In this document: in pieces, positions 34,484-44,900 of the stretch
Position numbering within the stretch: the first letter of the stretch is position 1
How the letters are laid out: each line of letters starts with the position of its first letter
Source: Cyanophora paradoxa CCMP329
Lineage: Eukaryota > Plantae > Glaucophyta
DNA: 64,000 bases
NCBI GenBank assembly: GCA_004431415.1
Contig: QPMI01000647.1
Span: forward strand, 62,001 to 126,000
Direction: 5' to 3'
The notes under the pieces: model-generated
What the model was told of the DNA's origin: nothing
Database searches by the model: none
The model's input: the letters and a program-made list of their open reading frames with translations, nothing else
Position numbers and translations under genes: made by a program

Positions 34484-35420
34484 ACGGCCGGGAGCCGGCC
34501 CCGGCCGCGGCGGTGGCGGCGGCGGAGCTGCTCGAGGCGGCGGCGCGCGTCTGCGCGCGGTGGGGCGACGGGGTCCGACTTTACCCCCCCCCCCCACCCC
34601 CCCCCCCCTCCCGGCCCGTGTGCTCATACGAGCGTCGCGCGTAGGCGGATGGCCTCGTCGTCTTTGTCGAGGCCTCGCCTACAGCGTCCGCCGCGTCCGC
34701 GGCGGTGCCGGCGGCGGCGGAGCCGGCGCGGCTGCGGCGCGCGAGCGCTTCCTCGCCGTGGCGGCCCTCGGCGGCTGGGCCGGCCTCGAATTCGAGGCGG
34801 CGGCGCCCGCCCCGCGCCGCCCGCGCGACTGCGCCCTCGGCCTCCTCTTCGCCGCCTTTCACACCGGTCCCGAGGCGAGCGGCGAGGAGCTTAAGCTTAA
34901 GGGGGCACGACCGCGAGGGCGGGAGCCGCCGGGGGCGGGCCGGGGGCGGGGCGGGGGGCGCTGCTGGCGGGGGCAGAGCGCTGGTTCGCGATCGGGCTCT
35001 ATGGTGACGCTCTCGGCGCCCGCATCGCCCGCGAGGCCGCCCGCCTCTGACGCACCAGGCGTCAGAGTAGAATATCTTTCAGAATTAAGTTGCGGTATAA
35101 TTATTCAATTAATATTGCAGTAGAATATTTTTTTTTTTGAGAGACTACGGTGGGGCGAACCCCCCGTAGGTAGTGATATTAAAGACAACAAAGCAATCAC
35201 AAATCAAAGATACAGTAAACTAGCACAAAATATATACAGAATCAAGAGGGATCACGAGAAAGGACACGATCAGAAGAACGCAAAAGATAAGGAGAACGAG
35301 CACGAGGAGAAGGAGTAGAAGAGCTCAAGGGCGTCGATGCAGAAGTAGAATATTAAGCCGCGCTTCTCTCAATTTCTTCATTCCGTTCATAGGCCGCGGG
35401 CCGGTCCGTTCATATTAATG
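34484..35420 (+). pseudogene. 5'-truncated inverted paralog of the 17162-17994 gene, carrying a LINE insertion
   Basis: Near-identical peptide blocks; N-terminus missing; frame appears shifted near 34900-35000; retroelement at 35130-35343. Confidence 0.6.
35130..35343 (-). mobile_element. 5'-truncated LINE-like element, copy 3
   Basis: Reverse complement of ~14966-15183, nearly identical; poly(T); 11 bp TSD AGTAGAATATT (35119-35129 and 35344-35354); AGTA microhomology at the 5' junction. Confidence 0.9.
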
Positions 35421-35548
35421 CTTCCGATCCTGGATTATGTACCGTAGTACAGCGTTGCCGCAGCGCTTACAATATGTTAATATAATTGTCTGCACGAAGC
35501 TGAACAGGCCACGAAAAGCAGGCCTAGGATCGGGGCTCCGTGATTTGG

Positions 35549-38500
35549 TTACGCCCGACGTCCCGCGTCGTCCGCGCCGCTGCCCCCGCCGCTGCCGCCC
35601 CCTCGTCCTCCTCCGCGGCCGGTTCGCCGCCGCGACACCGCCTCGAGGTAGTCCTGCCGCAGTGCACGGATCCGATCAGGGGCGCGCCGCCTCCGGGATA
35701 TAATAGTAACGGCCCCCCGGGCCCAGTGGCTGATCAGCGAACTTGTGATCGGGCTTTAAGATTTTCGAAGGACCGTTGGACACATGTACGATTCATGGTC
35801 GTGCCACGGTGATCATGATCATGAGATTGCGATCGGGGCCTGACCTGGAGGGCGGGGAGGGGCCGGGGCCGGGGCGGGCCGGCCCCCTCGGCGGCCGCCC
35901 GGCGGATGAGGCGGCCCGCGAAGGCCCGCTCCGCCGCCACGCACGCTGCGCGAGACGCCACAATTTAATATTATAATATATATTGAAGGCTCGCCGCGAG
36001 GGCCTATGTCCTAAGCTAAGCTCATCATTCAGTCTAAGCTTTGGGCTCGAGCGAAATTAGAATCAAGCTTATATTTAATTTAGGCCTCTTGAACATGTTT
36101 AGGCTGCGGGCGCAGGCCCGCTAACTGTGGGCGCGCACCGTCTCGGATGTCGCGGCCGGCGAGGCCCTCCGAGGCGGCCGCGAGGGCCGCCAGGTCCCCC
36201 TCCGGCAGCTGCGCCGGCGAGAGCGAGAGGCTGATCACGATCACGAGCCACGCGCGCGGGCCGGGGGCAGTCGCAAGCTTAAGATTAAGAGGAGAGGCGA
36301 GTAGAGGAGCAGTGTTCAATGCTAGCTCGCTGCGCGCTCTAGATCCGAGCACCGTCAATTTAAACGCGAACTCGAACCTGGCGGGCGTAGGCGGCGAAGA
36401 TGGCGGCGCGGGCGGCGGCGTCGGGCAGCCCGAAGTGAACGACCAGGTCGAAGCGGCTGCCGCGCGGTGCAAGGAATCAAATTAGCTGAAGGTCTGCGAT
36501 GTACTAGCTACAGATCGAACTGCGAAAAAGATGCTGATAATTTATTATAAAGGAGGAGATCGAAGCCGTCCGCGATCGTCACCTGAGGCCTGGGGGCGCG
36601 GGCGGCTCGGGCTCACCTGAGGAGGGCGGCGTCGATGTCCCCCCGCCGGTTCGTGGCTCCCACCAGCACCACCCTGGGGGGAGGGGAGGGGAGGGGGGGG
36701 GGAGGGGGAGAAAGGGGTAGGGGTAATCAGGAGGGGGGAGCGAGGGCGCTGGCGCTGGCGGAAATTAATTATAATGGCGGGGGGCCCGCTCGCCGCCTGC
36801 GCTGCTGCGAGTCGCGATGGTCCGCAGGGGCGCCGGACCCTCCGGAGCCGCCGGCCGCGGGCGCCGCGCCGCCTTCGGACTCTGTTCGCGAAAGTAAGAA
36901 GTGTCGCCGCCGTCGCCGCCGTCGCCGTCGTCGTCAGCGGGCAGGAAATTCGATTTCGGAGCCGCAAATACAGAGTTCAAGGGTCCGCCGGGCCGGGGCT
37001 GGTGCACGTGGCTGGGGCCAAAGAAACGCACCGAACCCGTCGATGTGCCGCAGCAGAATCGACATGACGCGCGTAGAGGCCTCATGGACGCCTGGGGGGG
37101 GTATAAGAGCATATCGGATGAGGGAGAGGGAAAGGGAGTTTAATCGGTACCCCGAACGGAGTCCCGCGAGGGGGCCAGCGCGTCGACCTCGTCCACGAAC
37201 AGCAGAACGCTCGGCGCCAGCTGCGCATGCCCCGGATCGCGGGGGTTACTGGATATCGATTGCGGGGGGCGCGGGGCGGGAGGGGGTACACGCGCCTTTC
37301 GGCACAGGGAGAAGACGCGACTCAGTTCCCGCTCGCTCTCTCCGTACCTAAATGGGGTACGACTGTCAAGTAGCCTGACATCGATACGGGAGGGGCCGCT
37401 GGGGGCCGGGGTACCACTTGCTGACGATGGATTCGAGCGGCAGGTACACCAGCGGCGCCTGTACATGTGCGGGTACGCAGAGGGCGGGGTACGTCGTAAA
37501 TGGGACGTGAAAGGAAGCGATAAAGAGGGGTACAGGTGCCCGCACGTCGCACTGGGCCGCGAGGATGCGCGCGGTCGTCGTCTTGCCCGTCCCTGTACAC
37601 GTGAGGCTTCAGATTCTTTAGATTGAGATTTAGATTGAGACTAGATTAGCAGATTTAGATTATTCAGCTTTAGATTTAGAACGAGCCGAGGGCGCCGCAG
37701 ACCGGCGCGCGGTGCGGGGCAGCTATGACGCGTCATATTTCATTTATTTATGTATATGCCGCCTCGAACGGGGCGGGACGAGGCGGGGAGGGATTCGAGG
37801 GGGTGGAGATGTAAATATAAGAGAGGGGGTACCGGGTGGCCCCTCGAATAGGATGGCGCGGGGTACGCTGCGCTCCGGACGCTTGCGCGTGCCCTCCACG
37901 ATCTGAAGGTGAATCAAATTAAAAGCGATGGGCCTCGACCAGAGCTCGAGGAGAGTGGGATATATATAGGCGCGGGGTACAGCGCACGTCCTCGAAGACG
38001 GAGGGGTACCTGAACGACAGAACCACCGCGTCCTCTATCTCCTGGAGGGGCGGAGGTACCGGTGTGGGGCGCGCGGGGCTCGCGCGGGGTACGTGTATAA
38101 ATCCGAAGTCGCGGACCTGCTTAACGCTCTCGTACCCGGCCAGGCAAGCCCAGTCCAGGCCTAGGCTCGCCGCGGGGGTAGAGGTGCTGCCGCCCCGGGC
38201 CCCCTCTGCCGCTTAAGGCGCCCGAAAGACCAGAAAACCACTTCAGTCATAATATTAAATATTGGGCCCGCGCGTCGAGTTGTGGAGGGGTACGCTTCAC
38301 CGTCAGCCCCATCGCCTCGAGCTTTCTCTCCGCATCGACGGATTCGCTGTCCAGCCGAGCGCTAGCTATAGCCTCCTCGGAGCTCCGCGAGGGCGCGCCC
38401 GGACTCGAAGCGGGGCTTTCCCGCTCCTTCGCGATCACGATCGGAGCCTGCGAGCGAAGAAGCGTGCACGTCCCTGTTATCCCTGCGCTGCCAAGGGGGA

Positions 38501-40541
38501 ACAGAGCCGAAGGGGGGTACGCCGCACGACTTTGGGGGACGGGACTTTTGGGGGCGGGACGATACTCTCTAGCGCCAATTGCAAATTCTCTGCGCACGGG
38601 CCCGAGTGAGGGCCGTCCGGGCTTGAAATCAAATGTTGTAATTTATAAGCCGCAGAGAATTCGGTCTCACCGATGGCGCCGTCCGGATCGACTTTCTTTC
38701 CGAAGGCCCTGCCGATCAGATCCGCCGAGCTCGAGCTCCCGAGGCGACCGCGGCCCTAGAGAGGGCGGTTGGCGCAAATTTAATGTCAAATAAAAGGCCA
38801 TGCGGGGGCGGGCCGGGGGCGGCTGGGCGGGCGCGCGCACACTCCCACGCCGTGGAGGGCGTCGTACATCGCCGTCACGAGGTCGAGCTCACGGGACCCC
38901 GCACGAGGCCGCCCCTCCGCCCCCTCCGGTTCCTCCCCTGGCCCCAATCAACCCACAAATGTCGGACCCCCCGTCCACCCCGACTACCACCATGGCTTCG
39001 GCCCCCCCCTCGGCTTCGGCCACCGCGCCGGCTTCGGCCCCTCCCTTGGCTTCGGCCACTCCATCGGCCTCGGCCACCCCCCTGGCTTCGGCCATCCCTC
39101 CTACTCCGACCGACCCTTCCCGACCCCTTGCGACCCGCCTCGTCTCCGCACTCCCCGCTCTCTGCGCCGCCTGCCAGTGCCCACGCTCGCTCCACACTGC
39201 CGTCCCGGCACCTCTCCCCGCCCTGCCCCGCATCCGCTGCCCACCCCCTACCGCTGCCTCCGCACACTCCCTCTCCTTCCTCATATCTTCCTCCTACCAC
39301 CTTCTTCACCTTGACAAAACAGGACACCGTTTAATCGGGGTCCTGGGGCGCAGGTGAGGAGGAGGGAGGCGGCTGAGTGAGGAGGAGGAGGGACGGCGGA
39401 GCGGCGGCACGGGAGGGCGGCGGACTGCGAGACATTTCACTTCCAGGGCTCATGAGGGATGGAGGAGTTGATCAAGGGGTGGGCGCGCGGGTCTGGTTAC
39501 GGCTATCACCGAAAACCATGGCTCCCCCACTCAGGCGAACCTCCCATTGTTCTCTGCGCGCGCCTCGCGATCGCGATAGCGGCAAATTTATAATTAAAGC
39601 TGGCGATCAGCAGTCCGATATATACGTGCTTATAATTAGATCGTATCTTTAATTTAGCTTCTCTGCCTCCATGCATATGGCCGCGCCAGCAGCAAAACGG
39701 GGCACTTGCGCACCAGTTCTCAGATAGACGGAGACGCTCTTGGAGCCGGCCGTACGCACTCTGATCCAGAGGGCGAGCTCGCGGGCGCCTCTGCCGCCGC
39801 CGCCCCAGCCGCCCCCACCGCCGAACTTGAGTTTGACGCTCGACTCTGTGATGCTTGCTGTCCAGCCTGCGCAGCGTGGCGCAGGTTTGCATTTGATCAT
39901 GAGATATATATGTATCGATCTATAGCTAGATCTAGATCTCGAGTTGAACGCTGCGGCGCGAGCTCGTGCACGCACCGCCAATTGCGGCGCCGATCTGGCT
40001 CGCGGACAGCGCCAACTCAGCGAGGAACCGTGGGACATCCGCCTCGCGCATGTCGATATCCCCATAATTAAGTGAGCAATCGCAAAGGAAGTGGACGGTG
40101 GCGACGCTCCCCCCGAAGCTGCTGGACTCCACTCCAGCGTCGATTGAGGTGGCCTTTCCTGCACAGGTGCACATGCGCGAGCGCGCGCGCGTCAGTCGAG
40201 CGGCATGCGCAAGCGGAGCTCTAGATCTAGATCTACGCACCTCTTTTGGCGGCGACGGCGTCCGCGTGCTGCTTGAGCCTGCGCTTCACCTCCGCGATCG
40301 AGAGCTCGCGATCCGACTCGGCGTCATCGGCGGCAGCTTCCGCCGCACACGTCTCGAAGAGCAGGAGCGCCGAGCCGGCTGCGGCGAGCAGGAGCGCCGA
40401 ACCGGCTCCCAGGGTCGACGTCTGCGGACGCGCCCCGCCGCGCCGCCACTCTCTCCTGTATACGTAGGACACGGGAGTGGCCGCGCACGCGCGCAAGGCT
40501 GCGGGCGGATGACGGAGGCGCCTGATTGCCCGGGCGAGCAT
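35549..40541 (-). CDS. AAA+ ATPase with an organelle-targeting-like N-terminus and a TM segment; probably a disrupted allele
   Basis: LDWACLAGYESVKQ|EIEDAVVL, PRAILFEGPPG|TGKTT, IVSKW|YGESE, LLFVDEVDAL, VVLVGATNRRGDIDAALLS|RFD, GLAGRDIRD, PALQ|DYLEA. An N-terminal exon is interrupted at 38897-39533. Confidence 0.85.
38897..39533. mobile_element. Unclassified ~640 bp insertion within an AAA ATPase exon
   Basis: Removing it joins ENNGRFA-S-RELDLVTAMY in frame; with it a TGA appears. Two C-rich arms on opposite strands meet near 39330. No TIR, TSD or poly(A) seen. Confidence 0.5.
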
Positions 40542-40857
40542 CAGCGCGAGTACTAGTTTGCACCGGTACCCCTCCTGGAACTGCATTCCAACTGCGCCGG
40601 GCCGGCCGCTGCGGCGCTGCAGCTGGGCTCGGATATCGATCCGGATCCCGGAGGCTATGGCCCATGGGAGAGCTCCGGGAGGCTAGGGGATCCGGAGGCT
40701 TTTTTCTAAATAAATTGCGCTCGCAAGCCCCAGCTGCAGGCTGCAGCTCGAGGCATCAGCTGCAGCCGATTCAGCGCTAGCTAGCAGCTTGGAAGGCGAG
40801 ACGTTTTCGGACAATTCGCTCTCGCATGCACTTGCGACCGGAGCCGGGCCAGGGCCG

Positions 40858-41310
40858 GCATAGTGGAATTCGAAGAACACGCGACTTTTTCGAAAAGCGA
40901 GGAAGCTAATGAAGACCGGACTCAGGGAGACAGGGAGAGAGGGCGGGGGAGGCCGGGGCCGGCGCCGGGCGCTCAGTCGGGGCCGCGGAGGGCGTACACG
41001 AGGTCGCCCGCGCCGCCCTCCGGCCCCCGCTCAGCGGAGCTCGAAGACGTCCTAAGAGAGTAGAAGGCCGCCACTCCGCCCAGGTACTAGTAGCAGGGCC
41101 ACTCCCCGTAGGGCCTCGACCCTTGTCTCCGCTCAGTCGGGGCCGCGGAGGCCGTAGACGAGCATAGTGGAATTCGAAGAACACGCGAATTTTTCGAAAA
41201 GCGAGGAAGCTAATGAAGACCGGAGACAGGGAGAGAGGGCGGGGGAAGCCGGGGCCGGGCCCCGGGCGCTCAGTCGGGGCCGCGGAGGGCGTAGACGAGA
41301 TCGCCCGCGC
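40858..41310. repeat. Tandem duplication of the K+ channel terminal exon end, stop codon and 3' UTR
   Basis: 40858-41012 matches 41164-41310; a third short copy gctcagtcggggccgcggagg lies at 41131. Confidence 0.85.
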
Positions 41311-41966
41311 GGAGCGCCGTGCGCCCCGCCGGGTTGCAGAAGACGAACCGCGCCTCGTCCCGCACCTAGGAGGGCGGCCGCGAGGTGAGGGGGGTACCGT
41401 CGAAAGGGGGGGTGTGTGGAGGGGAGCTCTTCGATGGAAACGGAAGGGGGGTCCCTAGAAGGAAGCGTACGGCTCGCCGGGAGGGGCTGGCGGGCCCGCG
41501 CGTTCAATTCAAAGGTGGCCCCCCCCCGGGTCTCGCGATCGCCTACCCCAGCGCCCTAAGCTCAAGGCCAGACACAAGGCCCGCGGCGCTCTCAGTGTAT
41601 CTCTGACTTAGATCCGCTCAGGCTCAAGGCTCAGTTAGACTTCGGCTAAAGTTGGACTCAGGCTAAAGCCCCGCGGCGGTCTAGAACAGTGCAGGGCCGG
41701 GCGGGAGCAGGGCACCGAGAAGCCGCCGCCGGCGCCGCCGGAGCCGACGGCGGGCCCCCGGCGCATGGCGGAGCGGTAGAGGCCGAGCGGGAGGAGGCCG
41801 CTGGCCAGCAGCTCGAGAAAGAGGTCCTCGTAGGGGGCGCCCTGCGCGGGTCGAACCTCAGATCGATGCGGGGGGGATGCAGGGCGGAGGGCAATCTCGG
41901 ATAGGAAGCAGCTTAAGTACGAAAGTACGAGGATTGGGGATGGATTGAATTTAGAGCGGGGGCGTG

Positions 41967-41999
<33 letters not shown>

Positions 42000-44900
42000 C
42001 GTGGGGGTGGACCATGAGGCGGGCGGGTACGCGGTAGAGTGCGATGGAGGGCGGGCCGGACGGGCGGTGCTCCCCAGCGTCCAGCAGCCTCTCCACGATC
42101 CGCACCACGTTGTACCTTAACATTAAGGTTTGAATTAGTTAGGGCGCAAGGTGGTTTCAAATTAAAAAGCACCCGAGAAAGTAGGCCTGGCATAGGATGG
42201 ACTCGAGGAAGTTGCGGCAGAGGGCGGCGCCGGTGGCGAAGGCGGGGCGCATGCGCGCGTTCCCCGCCACTGCCTCCGCCACCAGCGAGCCGCCCATCAC
42301 CTGCGCGGGCGGGGGCGGGGGCGGGGGGGTGTTCGTAAGTGGTTGGAGAGGAGAGGATTGGGAGCCGGGTCCCTTGCAGGCGCGGGAACGGTAGGAGCAG
42401 GGGCGGGTGCCGGGGGGATATCCTCAGGAGCGCCCCCTATCATCTAGATCCCTTACCATCTAGATCCCCTATCGTTGCTAGATCGCCTCATCGCCTCAAA
42501 ATAAGGGATTAAAATAGATAGCTCTAGGGGATCTAGGAATAGATAAATCTACGGGATCTGAATCTAGATCTAGATCTAGATAGATAGCCGCCGGCACCTC
42601 GGCGTCGGCGGGGGCGAGGGCCGGGGGCTTCCTCAGGAGCGCGCGGTCGGATCTCGATCCCCTCCTAGATTTCTTCCCATCTACGCCAGATCCCTTAGGC
42701 ACCTCGGTGTCGGCGGGGGTGAGGGCGGGCGGCATGCGGAGGAGCGTCCGGTCTGAGACGAGCTCGACGAGGACGCGGGCGGGGTCCGGCAGCGACGCCG
42801 AGGCGATCAGGTACGAGAGCACGGCCTGGCTCTCCGGCGCCTGCAGCGACGCCTGCCCGCGGGTTCAGAGGGGGGGGGGGGGGAGGGGTGGGGGGGGGGG
42901 TGGAGGTGGGGGTGGGTGGGCAAGGTGGGTGGGTGGGTGGGGTCTTAGACGCTTTGCTTTGTTTGGAAAGAGAAGATACTCCAGAGAGAGACCGAGGCGG
43001 GGCTAGCGCTCTCGAATCGAATCGAGTCGATATATGCCTCCGGCGGATTCACTCTTGAGAGTTCTCCGAGCGTCCCGCGAGGGGCTTAGCGGCCTGGCCT
43101 AGAGACGCTTTGCTTTGTTTGGAATGAGAAGATACTCCAGAGGGAGACCGAGGCGGGGCTAGCGCTCTCGCGAGAGGCTGGAAGAAAGTCTGCCGCGCTG
43201 CGCTGCGCTGCGCTGCGCCGTGCTGCGCCGAGGCGACGACGGAGGGGCGGGGCAGGCTCCGTATCCGAGACGCTCTGGTTTGGAGAGGGAAGGCCTAGAG
43301 GACACGAGCTAAGAGGAGGGGCGGGCGGGCGGACCTCGACGGCTGCGACGGCGTTCGCGTCCGTCGCGGTGGATCGGACAAGGACAGCGGCGGCGCGGGC
43401 GCCGCCGGCCCGTAGCAAGTCGTCGCCGCGCGTGCCCGAGCCCTCCACGTACCTGAAAGGATCTTCGTCAGCGACAACAACATGTACACCCACAAGGAGT
43501 TTCAGTGGATAGGCTCTGTTTCTTCATCTCTCCGGCAGATAAACTCAAGGGCCGGGCGGGAGCTCCGCGACGTACCATAGCGCCCGGTCTGCCCGCATCA
43601 GCCGCAGGACCGAAGCCGAGGGCGGGCCCTTCGCCAGCACCTGAGGCGGGGCAGAGGCTCAGAAGCGAGAAAGGGATGAGGAGGGGGAGGGTGGGTACCG
43701 CAACCACGCGGCCCTTCTCCCGCCTCATGCTCCTGAGAAGCCTCCGGAGGCCGCTGCGGCGGAGTCGGACGGCGAGGTTGGGGGGAAGAGAAGGGACCTG
43801 GGGTACCGGAGTCTGCCCGTGACCAAGAAGTGGTCGCGGATGAACGACGGCAGCTCCCCGTTGGGCCTGAGGAGGGTACGCTCCTCGGTGGTACGCTCCT
43901 TCTCCGCTTCGTCTTGCTCCTCCTTCTCCAGTCCAAAGGGGTGGTACGGCTCCCAGTCGCCCAGCGCCGCCGCCGCCGCCTCGGGGCCCACCGCCACCTG
44001 CAGGCGTACCCCCGCCAGCTCCGTCCCCCCCTCCGACCGCCCGTTTGCGTGCCCGTTCGCCTGCGCGTCCGAGGCCGCCACAGCCGAACCGACGGTACCC
44101 CCCGCGAAGATCTCCCCCGTAGGCGATGCCGCCGCTTGCCTCGGGTCCTCCTCTGCGGGGGGTACGCCGCTCAGTGGCGACCCGAATACAGGCAACGCGA
44201 ACGCGTCGCGGACCGCGGAGGGAGCGGCGGCGGTTGAGGGCGCGCAGGCGAGCTGTGAGCGGGCGGGAGGGCGGCGTGAGGGGCGGACGAGCAAGCAAGG
44301 CGAGAAAGCAGGGTGGAAAGCAGGGCGCGCCTACGCCCGAGGACACGAAGGCGTTCTTGGTGCCGTGGAGCGATTCCTCCGCAGTAGCATCGGAGAGACG
44401 CTGCGCCGCCGCCTCCGACGTTGCTGCGCCGAAAACCGGGCGGCTCAGCTGAGCCGAGGGGCACGTCATCGCTGCGGCGAAAGCGTTCGGCGCGCACCGA
44501 TGACGTAGGCGGCGTCACCAGCGGAGACGACTTGGCGGCTGGGCCCGACGTGGATCGGAATCTCCACTCCCGCCCGCGCCGCGGCGATGCCGGCGCGGAT
44601 GCTCTCCTGGTTGGGCCCGAACGAGCAGGAGCGCCGGGCGGCGAGGTTGGCCCCGGATCCCGAGCGTGGCACGCGGTCGTAGAGCGTGTTCTCGAAGGAG
44701 CTCCGGCCCCGATCCGACGAGGCGCGCCGGCGGAAGTCCATGGAGGAGCGCCCGGCCCCGGGCGAGCCCGGATCCATGTGGATGGATGCCTGCACGGCCA
44801 GCAACAGCACACCGAACTCCACATGCGCTTTCTGCGGGCCGGGCCGAGATGAGGGGGGTAGAGGGGGAAGAAGCGCGGGGCACGGCGCGCCGCACCGCCG

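Noticed and set aside
14696-35420. One giant palindrome or inversion explaining all the inverted pairs
   Set aside because: The pairs have different centres and divergence levels, the intervening sequences are unrelated, and two LINE copies have their own TSDs.
33860-39535. Stop-codon reassignment suggested by in-frame TAG/TAA/TGA
   Set aside because: Well-conserved genes in the window read through without internal stops and end at standard stops; lesions or alternative splicing explain these few cases.
39480-39535. Self-cleaving ribozyme at the end of the insertion
   Set aside because: Only a short hairpin; no hammerhead, HDV or twister core could be matched by eye.
41968-42000. Long poly-G runs here and elsewhere as functional G-quadruplexes
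   Set aside because: They are intronic poly-C tracts on the sense strand, and homopolymer lengths are unreliable in assemblies.
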